64,000 bases of DNA from Marsupella aquatica (GCA_973895155.1 OZ316895.1:5335181-5399180); one strand, 5' to 3'. Numbered from the stretch's first letter, positions 27,369 to 42,108 are shown. Program-made: numbers and translations. The notes: generated from the letters alone by a model not told the origin.

Positions 27369-30300
27369 TTAGGAACTTGAATCATTAGGCTCTCTGGAAA
27401 AGATAGCACGGAATTTGTTATTGGCCCCGCTGAACTCACAGTTGCCTGTCCATACAGGGATTCTCACCAATGGATTAGTAGGGACAGTTGATCCAAGGGC
27501 TGGACAGCAGAAGGGGGGAATTAATTAAGATAAACTAACACAGATATTCACAGTCGGTACTGCTTAGTCTAGCCCCTGTTAACACGATGGTTTGTTTAGT
27601 TTTGTGTGGTTATAATTTTGATGTTATCAGGGTGTGTGAATAGGTTTCAAGCTAACCAAATAAAATTGTTAATTGATATATGGTATTACGTCACAATTTT
27701 AAAAGTAAAAAATGGTTGCAGTTGGTTATCCCCCTCACCCCCTGCTCTTTGTTGTTTGGGATTTTACCATATCTGCTGGCATTGTGTCAAACATGAATGG
27801 CAGTGTTTACGGAAACTGCAAAATATTTAATTTGGGATGGAAACTGCTGACATGGTTGCATGTGTTGCCAAGAATTTTACAAGAGGCTTCTGATGCGGCT
27901 AGGATCTGTAACAAAGGTCTCCCAATATAAACTGCTGCCTCTGCCTTATGTAAGCTGCCCCTTGGTTTGAAGATTGTGGATGCATAAGCAATACCAGGAG
28001 AGCATTCAAATCTATGTGCCCCCAGAGATATAAGCCATAATTCACCTCTTGGAATGCTGTAATGGCAGGTTATGCCATTCATGAGCATGTCAAGAAAATT
28101 CTTTCTCGTTTCCACATGATATGCCAAGAATGTTTGGAAGTTAATGGGATCTCGAGCACTGTAAAGGTCTTTAGCAAGGGCTTTGTGCGATATAAATCTA
28201 ACAATCAATGGACCAGCTCAACCCAGTGTATTTTTTAAGGATTTCACTGACTTTTTGTAGTGGCGAATGTAAAGTGTGTGAAGGAGAAGATGCTCAAAGA
28301 TTCCCTATTCAAATATTTTTCTGACCGTCAGATATCCCTAGATTTAAGGCTAACCATTAAATTCTGGCTAATGGGGCCTGGGATTAGGTGGAACACTGAC
28401 TAATGAGACAGCAAAAAAGTAGCAAATTTTAGCCAAAAGTGGCGAAAGATTTTTGGGGAGGTGGAATCTAGCTAATTTTCACCACTAAAAAAGACACTGG
28501 CTCAACCTTGAGGGCAAGCTAGTAAGGGGGATACAGTATTGTACTATCCCATCAAAGTCCAGTTAAAGAATTTGCTCATGTAAATTCTGGTAAAACAATT
28601 TATTTGATCAAGGCTTAGTAGAGGGTATTGGGTGTGAGTGTGGATATGATGCCAGATGATATTGTGAGTCATCAGTGAGTTTGTTATACACGTTGGAGCT
28701 GGTTAGCACCATAGCCAATTAGTTCAAAATTGTCTTATGTTGTTCATTTCTTAAAAAACAACAATGGCAGCTAAACAGATCTCAGTTTACAAAATCATCT
28801 GAAAGGAACCGCTTGCAGAAGAGCTATTGCTGGTCTTGGTGGTGCCTAGCTATTTGTTGTGGATGAAGTAATTCTATTGAAAAAAGAGCTACTGGTGAAC
28901 TCTAATCCATATTTAAATTTAAATTTGTGCACCTGTAGGCTTCAGGGACTACTGAGTTGTCCAGGTGTCAACGATAAAAGATCTTAGTAATTATGGAAGT
29001 TACAGATTGGATGAACCTTGTAAATTGAGAGAGGCTGGTTGATAACAGTACTGATTGCCTTCATCTCCCTCGAATAATAATGTTTGGGAAACGTGAGTGT
29101 TAATCATAGAAACACTGTAATCCATTCACTTCTCACTTTATCAAGAAAAAATAATCACAAGTTCTACTACGTAGGAAACTTACACTCAAAAATCAACTAA
29201 TATGGTCAAACAACTAAACAGGCTGAATACATGTGCAAACAATGTGCATTGAGCTTAGGAACTTTGATGCCCTGCAATACATCAATTGGCACAATTGGGC
29301 TGTGGCTTATTCTTGAAACAATAGTGCCAAGTAAATATTATCATCTGCAAGAGTTCATTCATCAATTGAAAATATCAATATTCCTTATATACTCATCATC
29401 TTCTTGCATTTTCTTCCAATTTGTCCTAGCCTCTGCAATTTCCAACTCCCGTTCCTGCTTGAGTGCAGTCTTCTTTTCATGCTGTCCAATCAAGCCTCAA
29501 GCTATGTTAACATGTGCTTCATTTCAAATGAGCTGTATAAATTGATGTGAATTTTCCAAAAACATTTAGTAGTCGATCTCTTAAAATGTAATTCAGCTAC
29601 AAGTTTAGTTAACTTGCTTTCCCATGCAACTAAAATTGTGCAAAACCACAAATTGACTAAAAAGATTGAATACAAGTTTCAGTTTGGAGGGATAAAGCAA
29701 TCTAACCGCTTGTTTTTGATGATGTTGAGCAAGAACTTGGTTATCCTTGAGAGTTTTCTGAAATTCTGCTTCATCTGCTGCTTGAATCTCCATAACTCGT
29801 TGCCACACTTGATGTGATGTATCCTTCCAATCTTGGTGGTCCATGTCGGCTTGCATTTGTTTCAAATGTATCTTTAAATGACCAAAAGTTAAAACATTGT
29901 CATGATAAAATAATAACATACAAATCAAAGTGATGAACAATATTTTCATGATATTCTTGCTCCACTTTAAGCAACCTTCCCCAAGTGGTGTTAGAAATCC
30001 TTTTAGACTACCATCTCTAGATTAATCACCAAACAAATTTCCTTTGAGAACTAAAGGTGTGAGGATCCCCCAAAAGGATGAAGGGTTAAGTAATCAATCC
30101 CTCATGTGCAAAGTGTCAATTCCATATTATATGAGTGTAAGGATAAAACAATAACATACTCTAACCTAAAGAGGGGCGTCTAGGAGGAGAAAACATTTAA
30201 CAAATTTTAGAAGGGGGCAATAATACAAATATGCCCTTGCCTAAGTTAATTAAAAATATATGCAGTACAATTTCAAAGACAAATAAGATCTAAGGAAGCT

Positions 30301-33300
30301 ATCTCAGGGGGACACTGTCAATGAATATTGCACAAAACAAATAAGGCCTGTAATAAGGGTAGTGACAAAAACTGAAACATCTATATACCTGTTGTTTGCG
30401 TGAACGGTCACATATGTCCCACTCCTGTTTTCGTCTTTCAGCAGCAAGCACTTCTCGCATATCTTCTGCAATGCGAGCTTCTTGTTGATCTGCACCAAGT
30501 CTTCGATCTGCATCTGCTTTTGCAGCCAGGAGATGCTGCAATACAAATAAAAAGGAATGACACACTATCTTCAATGATTTTCTGATTTTATTTATTATTA
30601 TTATTAGGGGGCTTTTATTTTCAAGCCAAAAGCTATTTTAGACGTCAAGCTTTACTTATAAGACTATATACCTTTGCAAGTTTGTCAATCATGTAGTCTC
30701 TACGCGCATTCTTCTCATTTTGTATTCTGTCTTTTTCAGCCTTGTTTGCAGCATCTCTCTTTTCCTTCATGGCAACATATTCAGCAATTTGGATGTCTAG
30801 GAGTTTCAACTTTTCTTTTTCTGCTTCTCGTCTTGCCTGCAGGATGTTGCATTATGTTAACTTTTGAGAATACTAACATACTAACCCCTTCTACTTGTCT
30901 GTATGGGAGTCAACATTGTGTCAATATTGTGGATCACCAGTCTTAAATTGATCTTTTTGCCTTTTCCTCAACTGATGGCTCATACTTTGCACCTAAATCT
31001 TAAGCCCTATAATTCTGCCCATTTAGCTACAGGAATTCATCAATGAATTTTTTTTTGCAATGGAGTGATAGTACTCACTTGTAATTCGATGTTTAATTTT
31101 GCAAATTCTTTGTTGGACTCAATTTGACGAAGGTGTTTTTCTCTATCCTTTTCTTCTTCAGCAAGATCATGTTCTGCAGCAAGCTTCTTCAAACGCTCAC
31201 CCTCCTGTTTCTTTTCTTCTATCTCTTTAAGGAATTGTTGACGACGTTCTTCTAGCTATTCAAATTAAACACACAAAAATAGGGAATTGTTTTTCAAACC
31301 ATCAGCTTATTTGGATTATGAATAATATAGATGTGGAGGACAGACTAGAAAAAGAAGTGGGTCATATTTGTCACCAAATTAAGAGGAACAATATTGGTTT
31401 GAAACTCAATGTTTGGTAAATGGTGGCTTAGCATGAGCCACTAACTAATACTTAGTTTAGTTAAATAATGAACAAAGCAAAATGGAAAAAATAAGGAATG
31501 ATTGGTACACTTCAAATAGTGCTAGTTTAGCCTGTGCAACATTTTTTGGACCTGTTCGCCCTGCATTTTTTGCACAGCCATAGATACATCTCTTCTTTGT
31601 TGTAGTTCTTGTTCATCCTCAGCAACTCCTCTTCTATAGTCTCGCATTAACATCTCATGCCACCACTTGTCTTTGTTCTTCCAAGCTTGGTCCATCTTAT
31701 TCTTGCATTTCATGTGCTCCTCCCTTTCCTACAGTGTACTAGTATTGTTTGCAAATCATACTCTTGTTTTTGTTTTTATACGTGGTGAACAGAACTGAAT
31801 AAATGTCAAGTCTAAAATTTTATTCTGAGCGGGGTATGCACAGAATAATTACATGTTTGTTCATAATCCATGATGTACTAGACAACCAATATTACAGTTA
31901 CAAGGTGTTTAAATTGCATTGGACCTATAACACACAATGTTGTGCAAAGAATAATTAAAAATGTAACTTAAAAATACAGCTTAAAGTAAGATATGATTTC
32001 TTGTAGAATTATTTTACAGATGGAAAATGACTTTCATGAGTAGAGCTGGGGTACACTATCATGGGACAATATTATGAATACAAACTCTGAGGAGGTTGTG
32101 GCATTCATACTTTAAAACATTAGCAACAAGTGAAGTTGGTAGAATGCTAGCTTGAACATACATGTAAGATCTCTCTCATCATAGCTTTGAATTGGAGTTC
32201 CTTTATGTGGGGCCGCAGCAGCATGAGGTTGGATTTCTCTAGCTATCACATCCCACCGTTTGTGACAAATAACAGTTTAAACTCCCATGACAAGCAAGCA
32301 CTTCTACGATTAGGCATATCGATTTGAAAGTATATTGAGAAATGTTCCACAAACAATTCAAATTTTACTCTATTTCAATTCTAAGAGTATGTATTGCAAG
32401 ATTTATATTGTAATTGAATGACAGATCAGTATCAGAAATATCTTATAGGTGGAAAATGAAGGGTATTTGATCTTCCTAATGTGGCCAATAAGTTAGAGAT
32501 CAGCAATAGATTGAACAGCTCATGAACTTGACTAAGTAAACTCACAACTGAGTGATCTTGAGCTGCCTATGACTTAGTCATTCACTAACTTCCAAAAGTT
32601 TTTATTTGTATTATCATTGCAACAGATTTTTAAGAAGGGAATAGGGAAATCCATTCAAACTTTATTCAGGCGAGGAAAATAGATATCCAATCCTGGCTGT
32701 TGGGCTATTCTTGTTTTTTATTAGGACTTGAGACACTGAAAATTTGGAAATGATTGAAATGGTGAATTGTATTCACTTTAGGATTACACTTTGTAGTTTT
32801 TCACAGCTTAGAGCTAGATACTTGAATAAAAGCAGGACCCAAGCAAAGTTTAAAAGTGCAAAGAAAACCTGCTCCCTCCTTTTCTGAGCCCTGAATGTTG
32901 CATCAATAACATCTTGCTTTCGTCTTTCTTCCTATTAGATTTCATGCAATTGCAATGAAGTCTTTGGTAATCCTTATCAATACAACCACCATGAATGGCA
33001 AACATAAATTATTTGGCTACCCTTGCCAGCCTCTTCTTCCTAAATTGAAGACCAAGAATACAACACCACATAAATCAAAACATCTGCTGGGAGTCAAGAG
33101 AATCATGATTATGAGAGCAATCTGAGATACATCAAATACAACTACTTACTTTTTTATAAAACCATCTTCTTATTTTAATGCGCAACAGTATATCAAATTA
33201 GGTTTCACAATTATGTAGAGCTCCCCCCGCTACAGAATTTGAATTGAAGGAGAAGGAGAAGACTAATTCAAAGACTATAAATTCTACCCAGGAATGTCAT

Positions 33301-33998
33301 TTTCCATATGTTGAGGCAAGCTACAATCATAACTTGCTACAAATTAAGTTCGTCATGCTAGACTTCTGCCTCCATTAGAGCGACAGAACTGTGTCACTGG
33401 CGTTACTAACAGACTATGTGAAAATTGGGAGTATGATCACATGAGCTTTCTCATAGTAGAATGCTTGAGCATCCTAACCTAGTCCCCACTCCTGCCTAAG
33501 GTTTTGTTCAGAACAAACAGCCACAATCTTAAACTTAGTGAAGTAATTGCCACCACAGCGGGTGATCTAACTTCCAAGCACCTCTACAGTGTCATGCATG
33601 CATGCACTTCCAAGGGGGGTTTCTATGGTTCAAGATTTTTGTGATTGCTACCTCTTCCTTTTCGAGCCTAGCCTTCCTGGCTTTCACTCTATTCTCCCTC
33701 AGATTTTTCAAAGTATTCGGCCACTTTTTAATCCTCTCATCTGAAAGGACTTTCAGCTGTTCCTTCTGCATACAAATTGACCTTTGCTGTTAGACTTCAT
33801 TTTACTTGTCATGTTTGTGGGTATCATACTTCAAACATTTAAAATTGAGGTTCTTGAGGAACTTGGACCAACTCAACAATATACCTCAATCAAGAACTTC
33901 TCCATACGATCATCACGTGGTTTCATACCGGCTACACGTCGATATTCATCCATGCTGATCTCAGTACAATGACAAGGGTGGACAAAATAATCCTCCAT
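27369..33998 (-). CDS. CFAP210: Cilia/flagella-associated coiled-coil protein, CFAP210/CCDC173-like (TPH domain)
   Basis: Phase-consistent GT-AG exons: 33998-33885, 33765-33652 (LSDERIKKWPNTL), 32931-32869, 32242-32162, 31728-31552, 31255-31079, 30836-30672, 30535-30389 (DRSRKQQ), 29871-29707, 29481-29393. The last two exons (28197-28046, 27445-27369) are tentative. E/K/R/Q-rich coiled coil throughout. Confidence 0.75.
28224..28499. mobile_element. hAT-type MITE (276 bp) in a CFAP210 intron
   Basis: TIRs cagtgtatttttt / aaaaaagacactg, flanked by a perfect 8 bp TSD gctcaacc (28216-28223 and 28500-28507). Confidence 0.88.
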
Positions 33999-35346
33999 CT
34001 TGCCCTCTTTTTAACAAATGTGTTTCCAATTAGAATGAATCGTCCACCTCGATCACTTCAAGAGCTTCCTTTCAAACTTTAGGCTTATAAGCTCAAAGTT
34101 GTTTGATGTCAACAATGTGTTGGGCCAGGATTGTGGATCAGCAGTCTCCCGTAAATTAAGTGTTCATTGGTTGCAATAAGCTTCAAATGCTAGCAGATTG
34201 CTGTTTGGGCACACAGGCATATCCAATCCTTTAGCAGATAGACCTTTCTTAGTCACATTGGGCACACTAATATGGTGCCCTCTATCAACTGTGGAGGGAT
34301 GCTATCAATAATGCAATTGGGATAAATGTCAAGAAAAACTTCGTAGGAAAAATTGTCCAAGTCTTGTCCTCGGGCTTGCCTTAAAACACCAAACTGTTGC
34401 CTGTACAATGTAAGAACATCTTGAGAGGCAGGAAGGCAAAAATTTAAGGTTGCCATTTCTTTCACAAAAAACTTAAGATTCTTGCTTGGGCTGCCAGGAA
34501 AGATTGCAAAATAACATACTTGTTGAAGGAAGTTAGGAAATATTTGGGTGAGGAAGCTGATTGGAAAACACCCAAAAAGAGAGGGAGACAGGCAGAAGAT
34601 TGTAGGTTACTCTCAATTCTAAACTTCTTCATTCTGAATGTTTATCGATTGCCAAGAAGGTTTGCAATTTGAAGTGTTGAGCTGATAGTGAATACTACAT
34701 AAACCTATCATAAGCCTGATCACAGGAAGGCAGAAAATTTTGGTAGACTAGAGGTTGATATTCTCCATCCTTTTATTGTGAGAACAATTTGTGGCGTGCT
34801 CCACCTTTCTCTTCCTGGATCCTTCCAACTCTCTTAAAACTACTGAGTGGCTCTGGATAAGTGATGCATAAACATGAAGTTTGTTTGGTATGGAGAATGA
34901 AGTCTTTATTTACACAGTTTTCTTCTTCCCCAATTCTACTATTACTTACATGCTTCAATCCTTGCTCAATTTGTTTTGTACCATATTAACTCCAAGTTAA
35001 GTGTTGTTTGTGATGTGACAAGCTCAGTGCAAGGAGAATGAGTATATCTGATGTGTAGTGTTCATAGCAACGACTTTATTGAGCTGCTTGGAAAACGCTT
35101 TCTAATTAACCAGGACCAAATAATTCTTCAAAGAATTCCCCTCATAAGATTAGTTTATCATAATGAAAAGGGGAAACCTTGTCAAGAACCTTAATTAAAC
35201 ACGTGTCATGACATGTAATGAATGATTGACCTCATGAAAGTATATTTAGAATCATAACTTTAAGAGCTCGGCGAGGAGCTCGGATACACATTCAAGGCAT
35301 AGTGTAACAAAACATCCACAAACTAAGGACTCCATAAAAAAACTGC

Positions 35347-36182
35347 GAGGTACATGCTTGATGGGACCCCTGCCAAAACAAATTTACATGATAGGCCCTT
35401 ACAAAAAATGTTGTTACAAACTAGGTTGCCTCTGACACTTTTGTGCCAAAAGTTCTTTCAACAGTTCTTATAAGGAGTTTTGATTTGATATTATCACCAA
35501 TAAGAGCTACCATAAACTTTAGTGGTGCTGAATGACAAACCACGCCATGGAGGGAACCGCAGAGTAGTGGAGGGTGTCTCGCAAACTGCAAGCTAGCTCC
35601 GATCCTAAGTGTACACAATTTGGTTCATGTCTTCAAGTTTGAATTTTTACCTTACTGTCCGTCTTTAGGTTGCTTCACACAACCTATGCAGAGGGTTTGC
35701 ATGATGTTTTGACATATATCTTTGTTCTTTTGTCTAAGCATGGAATAAATCCTCTACTTTTGGCAATCAGCCCTTGCTACAATGTTAAAAATTGTCCAAG
35801 TGTGGAACTAAGACAACATGGATGTCACTTGTCTTCTCACATATATCTAGACCCAAGACTAAATGTTGTACAAACCCGCTATCATGTAGCGGCAGATCCC
35901 CTAAATCTCTTTAATCATGTGAAGACAATCCATTATGTCTTCAAGCATAGACATACACGCGATGGATTATCACTCAGCACGCGGTGGAGTGCAATGGGAA
36001 ATGTATGATCTACCATGCATTTAGGCACCACATATTTGAACATGGATATGTACGAAACCTATGTAGGGGGCCTAGTTTGTAACAACATTTTTGTGGGGGG
36101 CCTATATAGTTTGTAACAAGAGTTTCATCAAGGCCCATCATGTAAATTTGTTTTGGCAAGGGTCCCATCATGCATATACCTC
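35347..36182. mobile_element. Non-autonomous Mutator-like element (MULE-MITE)
   Basis: Long TIRs: gaggtacatgcttgatgggacccctgccaaaacaaatttacatgat... and ...atcatgtaaatttgttttggcaagggtcccatcatgcatatacctc. Degenerate 9 bp TSD aaaaactgc / aaaaattgt. Confidence 0.8.
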
Positions 36183-39100
36183 AAAAATTGTATATAGTGT
36201 TATGGGGTACAGTGTAATCTTTGGTTTGTGTCTATTTGGGTTCTGTCAGTCCATCCAAGCACCTTGACAAACCTTTTGTGTCTATTTGGGATTTTCTAGA
36301 CTGATCATAACTCCTGTTTAAGAAGAAATTGTTCCTTTGCAAATTAATGGGTAGAAAGACAAAACAATGATATGAACTTATGTATGTTGAGCTTTATAAT
36401 TGAATCAAGAAAATAGTGTGCTTCTATGAGACATTACCTAGTACCATTCATAAATATGCTGATCAAATGTTGGTTACAGGCCCCATGGGAAGCTCCTTCC
36501 TAAATCCCTCGAAGCATGTGGAGCCACATCAAACACTATTGGTCATAAAAACAAGAAAGATTAGTTATCTAAGAAGAAGCAAACATGACTATTTGTGTTT
36601 CAAGGCAAGACAAACAAAACAGCTAGACCCCGTAATTGTAAAAACAATGCAAACTAGAAAGTAACACTTCAAACAATCAAAGACATGGGTAGAAAAGGGG
36701 TAAAAAAGAATCACCCTTGGATCATTTGTGAGTGATATATCAGTGTTTTCAAGAAAATTCTTTCATTGACAAATTTTTGAAATAACCATGGATAGAAAGA
36801 AAAACATTTATTACCATGGTAATGTAAGAAACTCATTGGCTACTATGGCCAGAGGAATACCAAGGGTACGTGAGACACCCGTTGGTTTCTATGGAGAGAG
36901 GAGTACCAAAGGATTCACATAAGAAACCCTTTGACTTTTATAATCATTTTTCATGGATTGGATGTAATGCTAAATGAATTGCGTGAACACATTAGTATCA
37001 AGGGAATTTTCTGAAGGGACTAGTACCATGAATAATCTACTCTCTGTCTGTAATGAAATTGAAAGTGTTCTAACTACCTTAACACCCATTTCATTCAACT
37101 CCTCCATTTAATCTTTCTCACCTCCATACTCAAACCAATATGGAACTCTTCATTGCTCTAACTTGTTGAATAACATCAAGCTTACATTACCAAGCGTAAC
37201 CAAGTGGTCCTCGAACTAATTTGGTAGCAAACATCTATCAGCTAGGAGGTAGCTAACTTAGTAAGTTTGGAGGTGCTTAATTCACAACAATGTGAGATCT
37301 TAGTGAAGATGACAGAGTGAGACACCATGCCTACTCCACTTGAAACATTTATGGAATCCCAGGTCTCCATATTCACCAGAAAAAAATAAAATGACAAGAA
37401 GCAAGAAGTAGGCTGGCATTTCCCTATTTTGTGAATCAGAATTGCAACTTCCCACTAGCTATGCCCATGCATATGCAAGGGAAGGGTTCCCCTTACCAGA
37501 CTCCCAATGCATGTCCCTCCTCACAAACACAGCCTATATCAGAATTTTCTGTTACCAGCTCTCTAGGGTTTCACTTCTACAAAAATGGAATATCATATGC
37601 GACAAATGATATGGTTGTTTGATTGGTTCTAAGGGAAAATTGAAGAATTTTCTCAGAAAAACAATAGAGTCTTTTAAATACAATTTTGAGACTTATAAGA
37701 ATATTAGGGTCTTTTTAATCAAGATTTTGGAATATTTTTTAAAAATACTTGAACTTTATAGAGGTTATAAAATAATTTTTTTCTTATATTTTAAGGGGAT
37801 CTAAGACCTAAAAATATCACAAGTGATAGGGAGGTCCCCATATAGTGAGACCCCAGTACTAGACACATTTCACCTATGGTTTCACTTTACATAGTAAGTC
37901 ATGAACAACTTCAACCACTCCTTATGGTATACATTAATACACATTTCAATCTAAAGTGTCTCTCAAACAATGCTTTATGAAACAACATGACATTGCAATT
38001 TCCTGGGACGGCTGAAAAGTGTTGTTGGGTGTACAAAACTGCATTAGTCTCCTCCATTTCAGTAGGGTCCTTAGGTCTAACCTCAAGCTGTTTCTAAAAT
38101 ACTGAGGGATATGCTCAATAGACCCCCTCCAGGAGAAACTTTACTTGATCAGCCCCCTCCAAATTTTTTTGCCCGTACCCTTTGCTCCCGTGTAAGGCAG
38201 TTTCCCCTGTGTAAAGGCCTTACTGCACAGTTGGGAGCCATGCCACCACGCAGGGTTGCCTCCCGTAGTCGACCACGCGACTCCGTTGCAGTCGGGCCGC
38301 AACTACGCGGTTTTGCGTTCTCGCACTATGGTCCCTTATGAGTGTGAATACATCGTGGTTTATGTCTTCAACAAAATGTCTGTTAATTAGGGTGCACATT
38401 GTCGGGGCACACATTGTCGGGGCGGTTTAGGGTCAAGCGCGCAGTAATCAGGCAACGGGACCTCATAATTAGAAGTCAAAATCCGGCATTTGCCCATCCA
38501 CGCCGCCATGATCAACATTAGGGTTATGTTACACAAATGCAAATACATTGACATGATTGTATTTTATTTGTAAACTGATCTCCGCATTTTTTAATATCCT
38601 CCCATCCCGACTTTTGTCCATGCTCGATAACAAGTACACTCAACTTTCCACGAGGCGCACGGCGCACAGCACACGCACCTGCCACCATCGATTGCACAGG
38701 AAAACAAGCTAGGTACTACTGTGCAGATGTTAGAATGTGTAAACTAAAGGCACAAACAATGTCAGGAAACGACGTCAATTCATGGGCTGTAGAGCCCTTT
38801 TGCATGTGGCTTAGTAAATGTTTTTGAGCTTTACGTTAAATGGACATGACTAACCTCTGCATAGTACTCATATGCACATTGAAGTACAGGATCATGGCAG
38901 ATGATGTAAGTAACATCAATCTTTGGCGTCGAGGGGATGTCTGTGAGGTGGACATTCCCGATTCTGACAGGCAATCACCACAAAGAGCAAGGCGGGGAAC
39001 AACACGAAGACATCTGAAAAATCTGAAATCAATCCTGGATGGGAAGAGTCCCAAAGAAGGTGAATCTACTGTGCTTCAAGTTAGTATGAATTGGAGGATT

Positions 39101-39236
39101 TGTGTGGCTTAAGTATGAAGTTGAAGTTGCTCTTGAATGAATCATAAGTTTTGCACTATTGAAGTTGTTGCACCGGTAGACGTTCTTCATTATGTATTCT
39201 ACAATGCTCTTGGCAGTGGAAGCAGAGGCGGCTCGC

Positions 39237-42108
39237 ATTCATCTAGGTGAGCGTTTTAGCAATTTTGATGAATTTGATAGATGTTTGGACTCATGGGCTG
39301 TGATGCATGGCCGAGTAGTGTATAGACTTAAAACCTCCCCAAATTTTTGAACAAGGGTTTGCCGATTTAGTAAGATTGCGCATCAACATGAAAGGAAGTC
39401 AAGTGGTGACATCAGACCTGGGCCAGACAGTTCTGAATGTAGTGATAGTTCAGAAGATGAAGATTCACTGTATATCCATGAATTGGATGATGAAGATAAA
39501 CATGAATTAGATTGGCACTATAACAGTCATTACGGTGAGTATAGTGGGTTCTGTGATAGAGGAATGACATCCAAACCAAGGGGGACACAAAGGTCACACA
39601 ATGCCTATGCAGAACCATTATTGACAGTGGAAGAGGTAAAGCTTTTCAAGAGTCCATACCTATAATTATCATTGTGGTTTTTTTGAAGGGTTAGAAATGT
39701 AATACTTGTCACTCTGTGTTTTTATGCATGGTATGTTTGTGCTACCATTGCAGATGGAAGACCGTGAGTTTCAAATTGCTATTCAACAGATGGCAGGATC
39801 AACAAACCAGTCTGGAGCAATCGTTCTCACAAATGCTCCACAGGTATACCTCAACCGGAATGCCTTCTTTGCATTTTACCATCAATGTTTTGTATACGAC
39901 GTCATGAGTGTCTTCTATGTTTCATATAAACATCCCCATTGTGGTGTGTATTTTGTATACAATGACACCACTGTCTTCTGTGTTTCCATATACAATAACA
40001 TGAATATGTTCTGTGTGGATTGCAATAGGAGGTTCGTGCACCCCTTGGACCTCTAGATCCAAACTATCTCCAAAGGAACACAACAATGGCAAAGAAACCA
40101 CGCACAGTAGTGCAGCATAGCAGTGTGTGGCTACCTGGGTCACATGCCCCTGGCACGGTAAAAGTCAGGAAGATTTCTACCACAGGAGTATGCGGGGAGT
40201 TTTCTAGGTTTAGGCCCCCGCTAGAGTACGATGAAGATGGTTTTGATTGTTCAGCCTATTGCCCATTCGGCCTCATTCACAATTGGAGAACCCAAAAGGA
40301 ACGTCACACTCAAAAGTGACCATAGTTTATTATGCTTTAGGATATCATTTGTAGGGTGTAATGAGATGATATAGAAAATTTGATGTACTATATTTAATAA
40401 ACATCCTGTAGGTTGGTAACATTCATGAAACTATCTAGCATTTGAGACTTTGAAGATTTCCTTATATGTCCTTCAAAGATTGATAAAATGACTTGTCACG
40501 CAACGAGTCACATCATTTCAGGACTCAAAAGGACTCTAAAAAATGCATTTTAGACAATGAAATTTTACCAAAGCATGCATACTAATAGAATAATCTTATA
40601 TTTCAAAACTCAAATACTGACACACACTAAACCTTTATGTATAGGACAAAAATAATCAGTAATTTTGGCTTATTTAGGGCCAACAATAATAGGATCCCTT
40701 AAAACAGTTGAAAACTTGATTTATCTACATGCTGAGGTAGGTTACACCATGTAAAATAGTCTTGTGAAAAAATTAGAGTTAAATATCTTCAGATAAAATC
40801 ATGGTGAAGCTTTTTTCACGTTACAAAAGTCATTTTTCACTAAAAAACATGTTTTTGAGTCCTGAAAGTGGTTCTTGCGAGGTACACCCAATTGTGAATG
40901 AGGCCATTCAGGGTCCAATGTCACAGGAAAGCTCACAGCGGGGCTCATATCATTACTATGTGTGAGCTGAAACACAATTGTCCAGCATCTAAACACAAGT
41001 GGAGGGGCCCAACACAAAAGGCAGTGTGGTTAGGAGACACACTGCCACCTAGAGTGTGTAGAAATCTGAAGGTGTCGGTCAAAGAACTACTCTACGGATT
41101 TCAAGGGGATAATAAAAAGAACAGCACTTACCACCAAATGTGGCGAGCAAAAGACTATGTACGGGATCTGCACCTTGGTGGGCAGGAAGACACGTTTCAA
41201 ATGATTCTGGCATTAATTGTTGGGGTGAGAGAGACTGACCCTGGTGTAGTGGCAGTCTGGTCCCCAATGGAAAACTCCAACGTTTTCTATCGAGCATTCA
41301 TTTGCCCATCAACTACACGAAAAGCATGTACCTACATTCAACCTCTCATCTCTCTTTATGCATGTCATACAAAGAACAGGAAGTACCCCACTCAACTATT
41401 CTTAGCTACATGTTTGGATGGAAATGGCCAAGGATTGATTCTATGTTACGCAGTAGCTCCAGTTGAAAACATAGATAATTGGATCTGGTTTCTGGAATTG
41501 GTAGATAGATCATTAATTGTACGGCATTGAATCGCCTCACATGCCACTCATATCAGACCAACAGAAAGGTCTACTTGCCGTTGTGAGTTACGTGTGGCCA
41601 GGTAAGATACATGCAGCATGTGCAAACCACCTGAGAGCTAATGTCAAGAACAGGCATGGCAAAGCAGCAGCAAATACTTTTACAGGATGCATACATGCCA
41701 ACGATGAAAGACAGTAAGTCCAAAAACCTTCATTGCTTTGATTCTACATACATTTGTCTTCTTATGTATACACTGCATACTCAGTGTTCAATACAATACT
41801 ATTACCTCTCCTTGAATACAGAATGTGAAGTACATATCACTCACACAAATGTTTTCTTTGTGTATGACATGATTGTATACATTAACATCAATGTTTTCCC
41901 TGCGAACCTGTATCAGATTTGAAGCATGTTTGAAGCGACTGGCAGAGTCCGTCAAGGCACATAAGAATGCAAATGCTGTAGACTACATCAGAAGTTTTGA
42001 TGCAAAACTTTATGCTAGGCATGCCTTTCCACTTCCCCGCATGGCAAAGGTTACAAGCAACCTTGCTGAGCAAGCAAATTCAGGCTTACTCCCCTTGCAC
42101 GAATTTGC
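39237..42108 (+). pseudogene. Degraded MULE (MuDR-type) transposase
   Basis: IHLGERFSNFDEFDRCLDSWAV (N-terminal MuDR domain); LISLYACHTK (first catalytic D now Y), ATCLDGN, ENIDNWIWFL, LISDQQKGL, CANHL (CxxH), TSNLAEQANS (E). Contains stops, frameshifts and insertions. Confidence 0.85.
40516..40867. mobile_element. Possible small inverted-repeat insertion inside the MULE transposase
   Basis: 15 bp inverted pair tttcaggactcaaaa (40516-40530) / ttttgagtcctgaaa (40853-40867) around AT-rich non-coding DNA. True ends and TSD are not resolved. Confidence 0.4.

Larger units (their letters stand above)
38104..42108 (+). mobile_element. Mutator-like element (left part), interrupted at 42109
   Basis: Left end gagggatatgctcaatagaccccctcc...aaactttacttgatcagcccc resembles the TIR of the MITE at 35347. 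MULE transposase remnants lie downstream. Confidence 0.7.
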
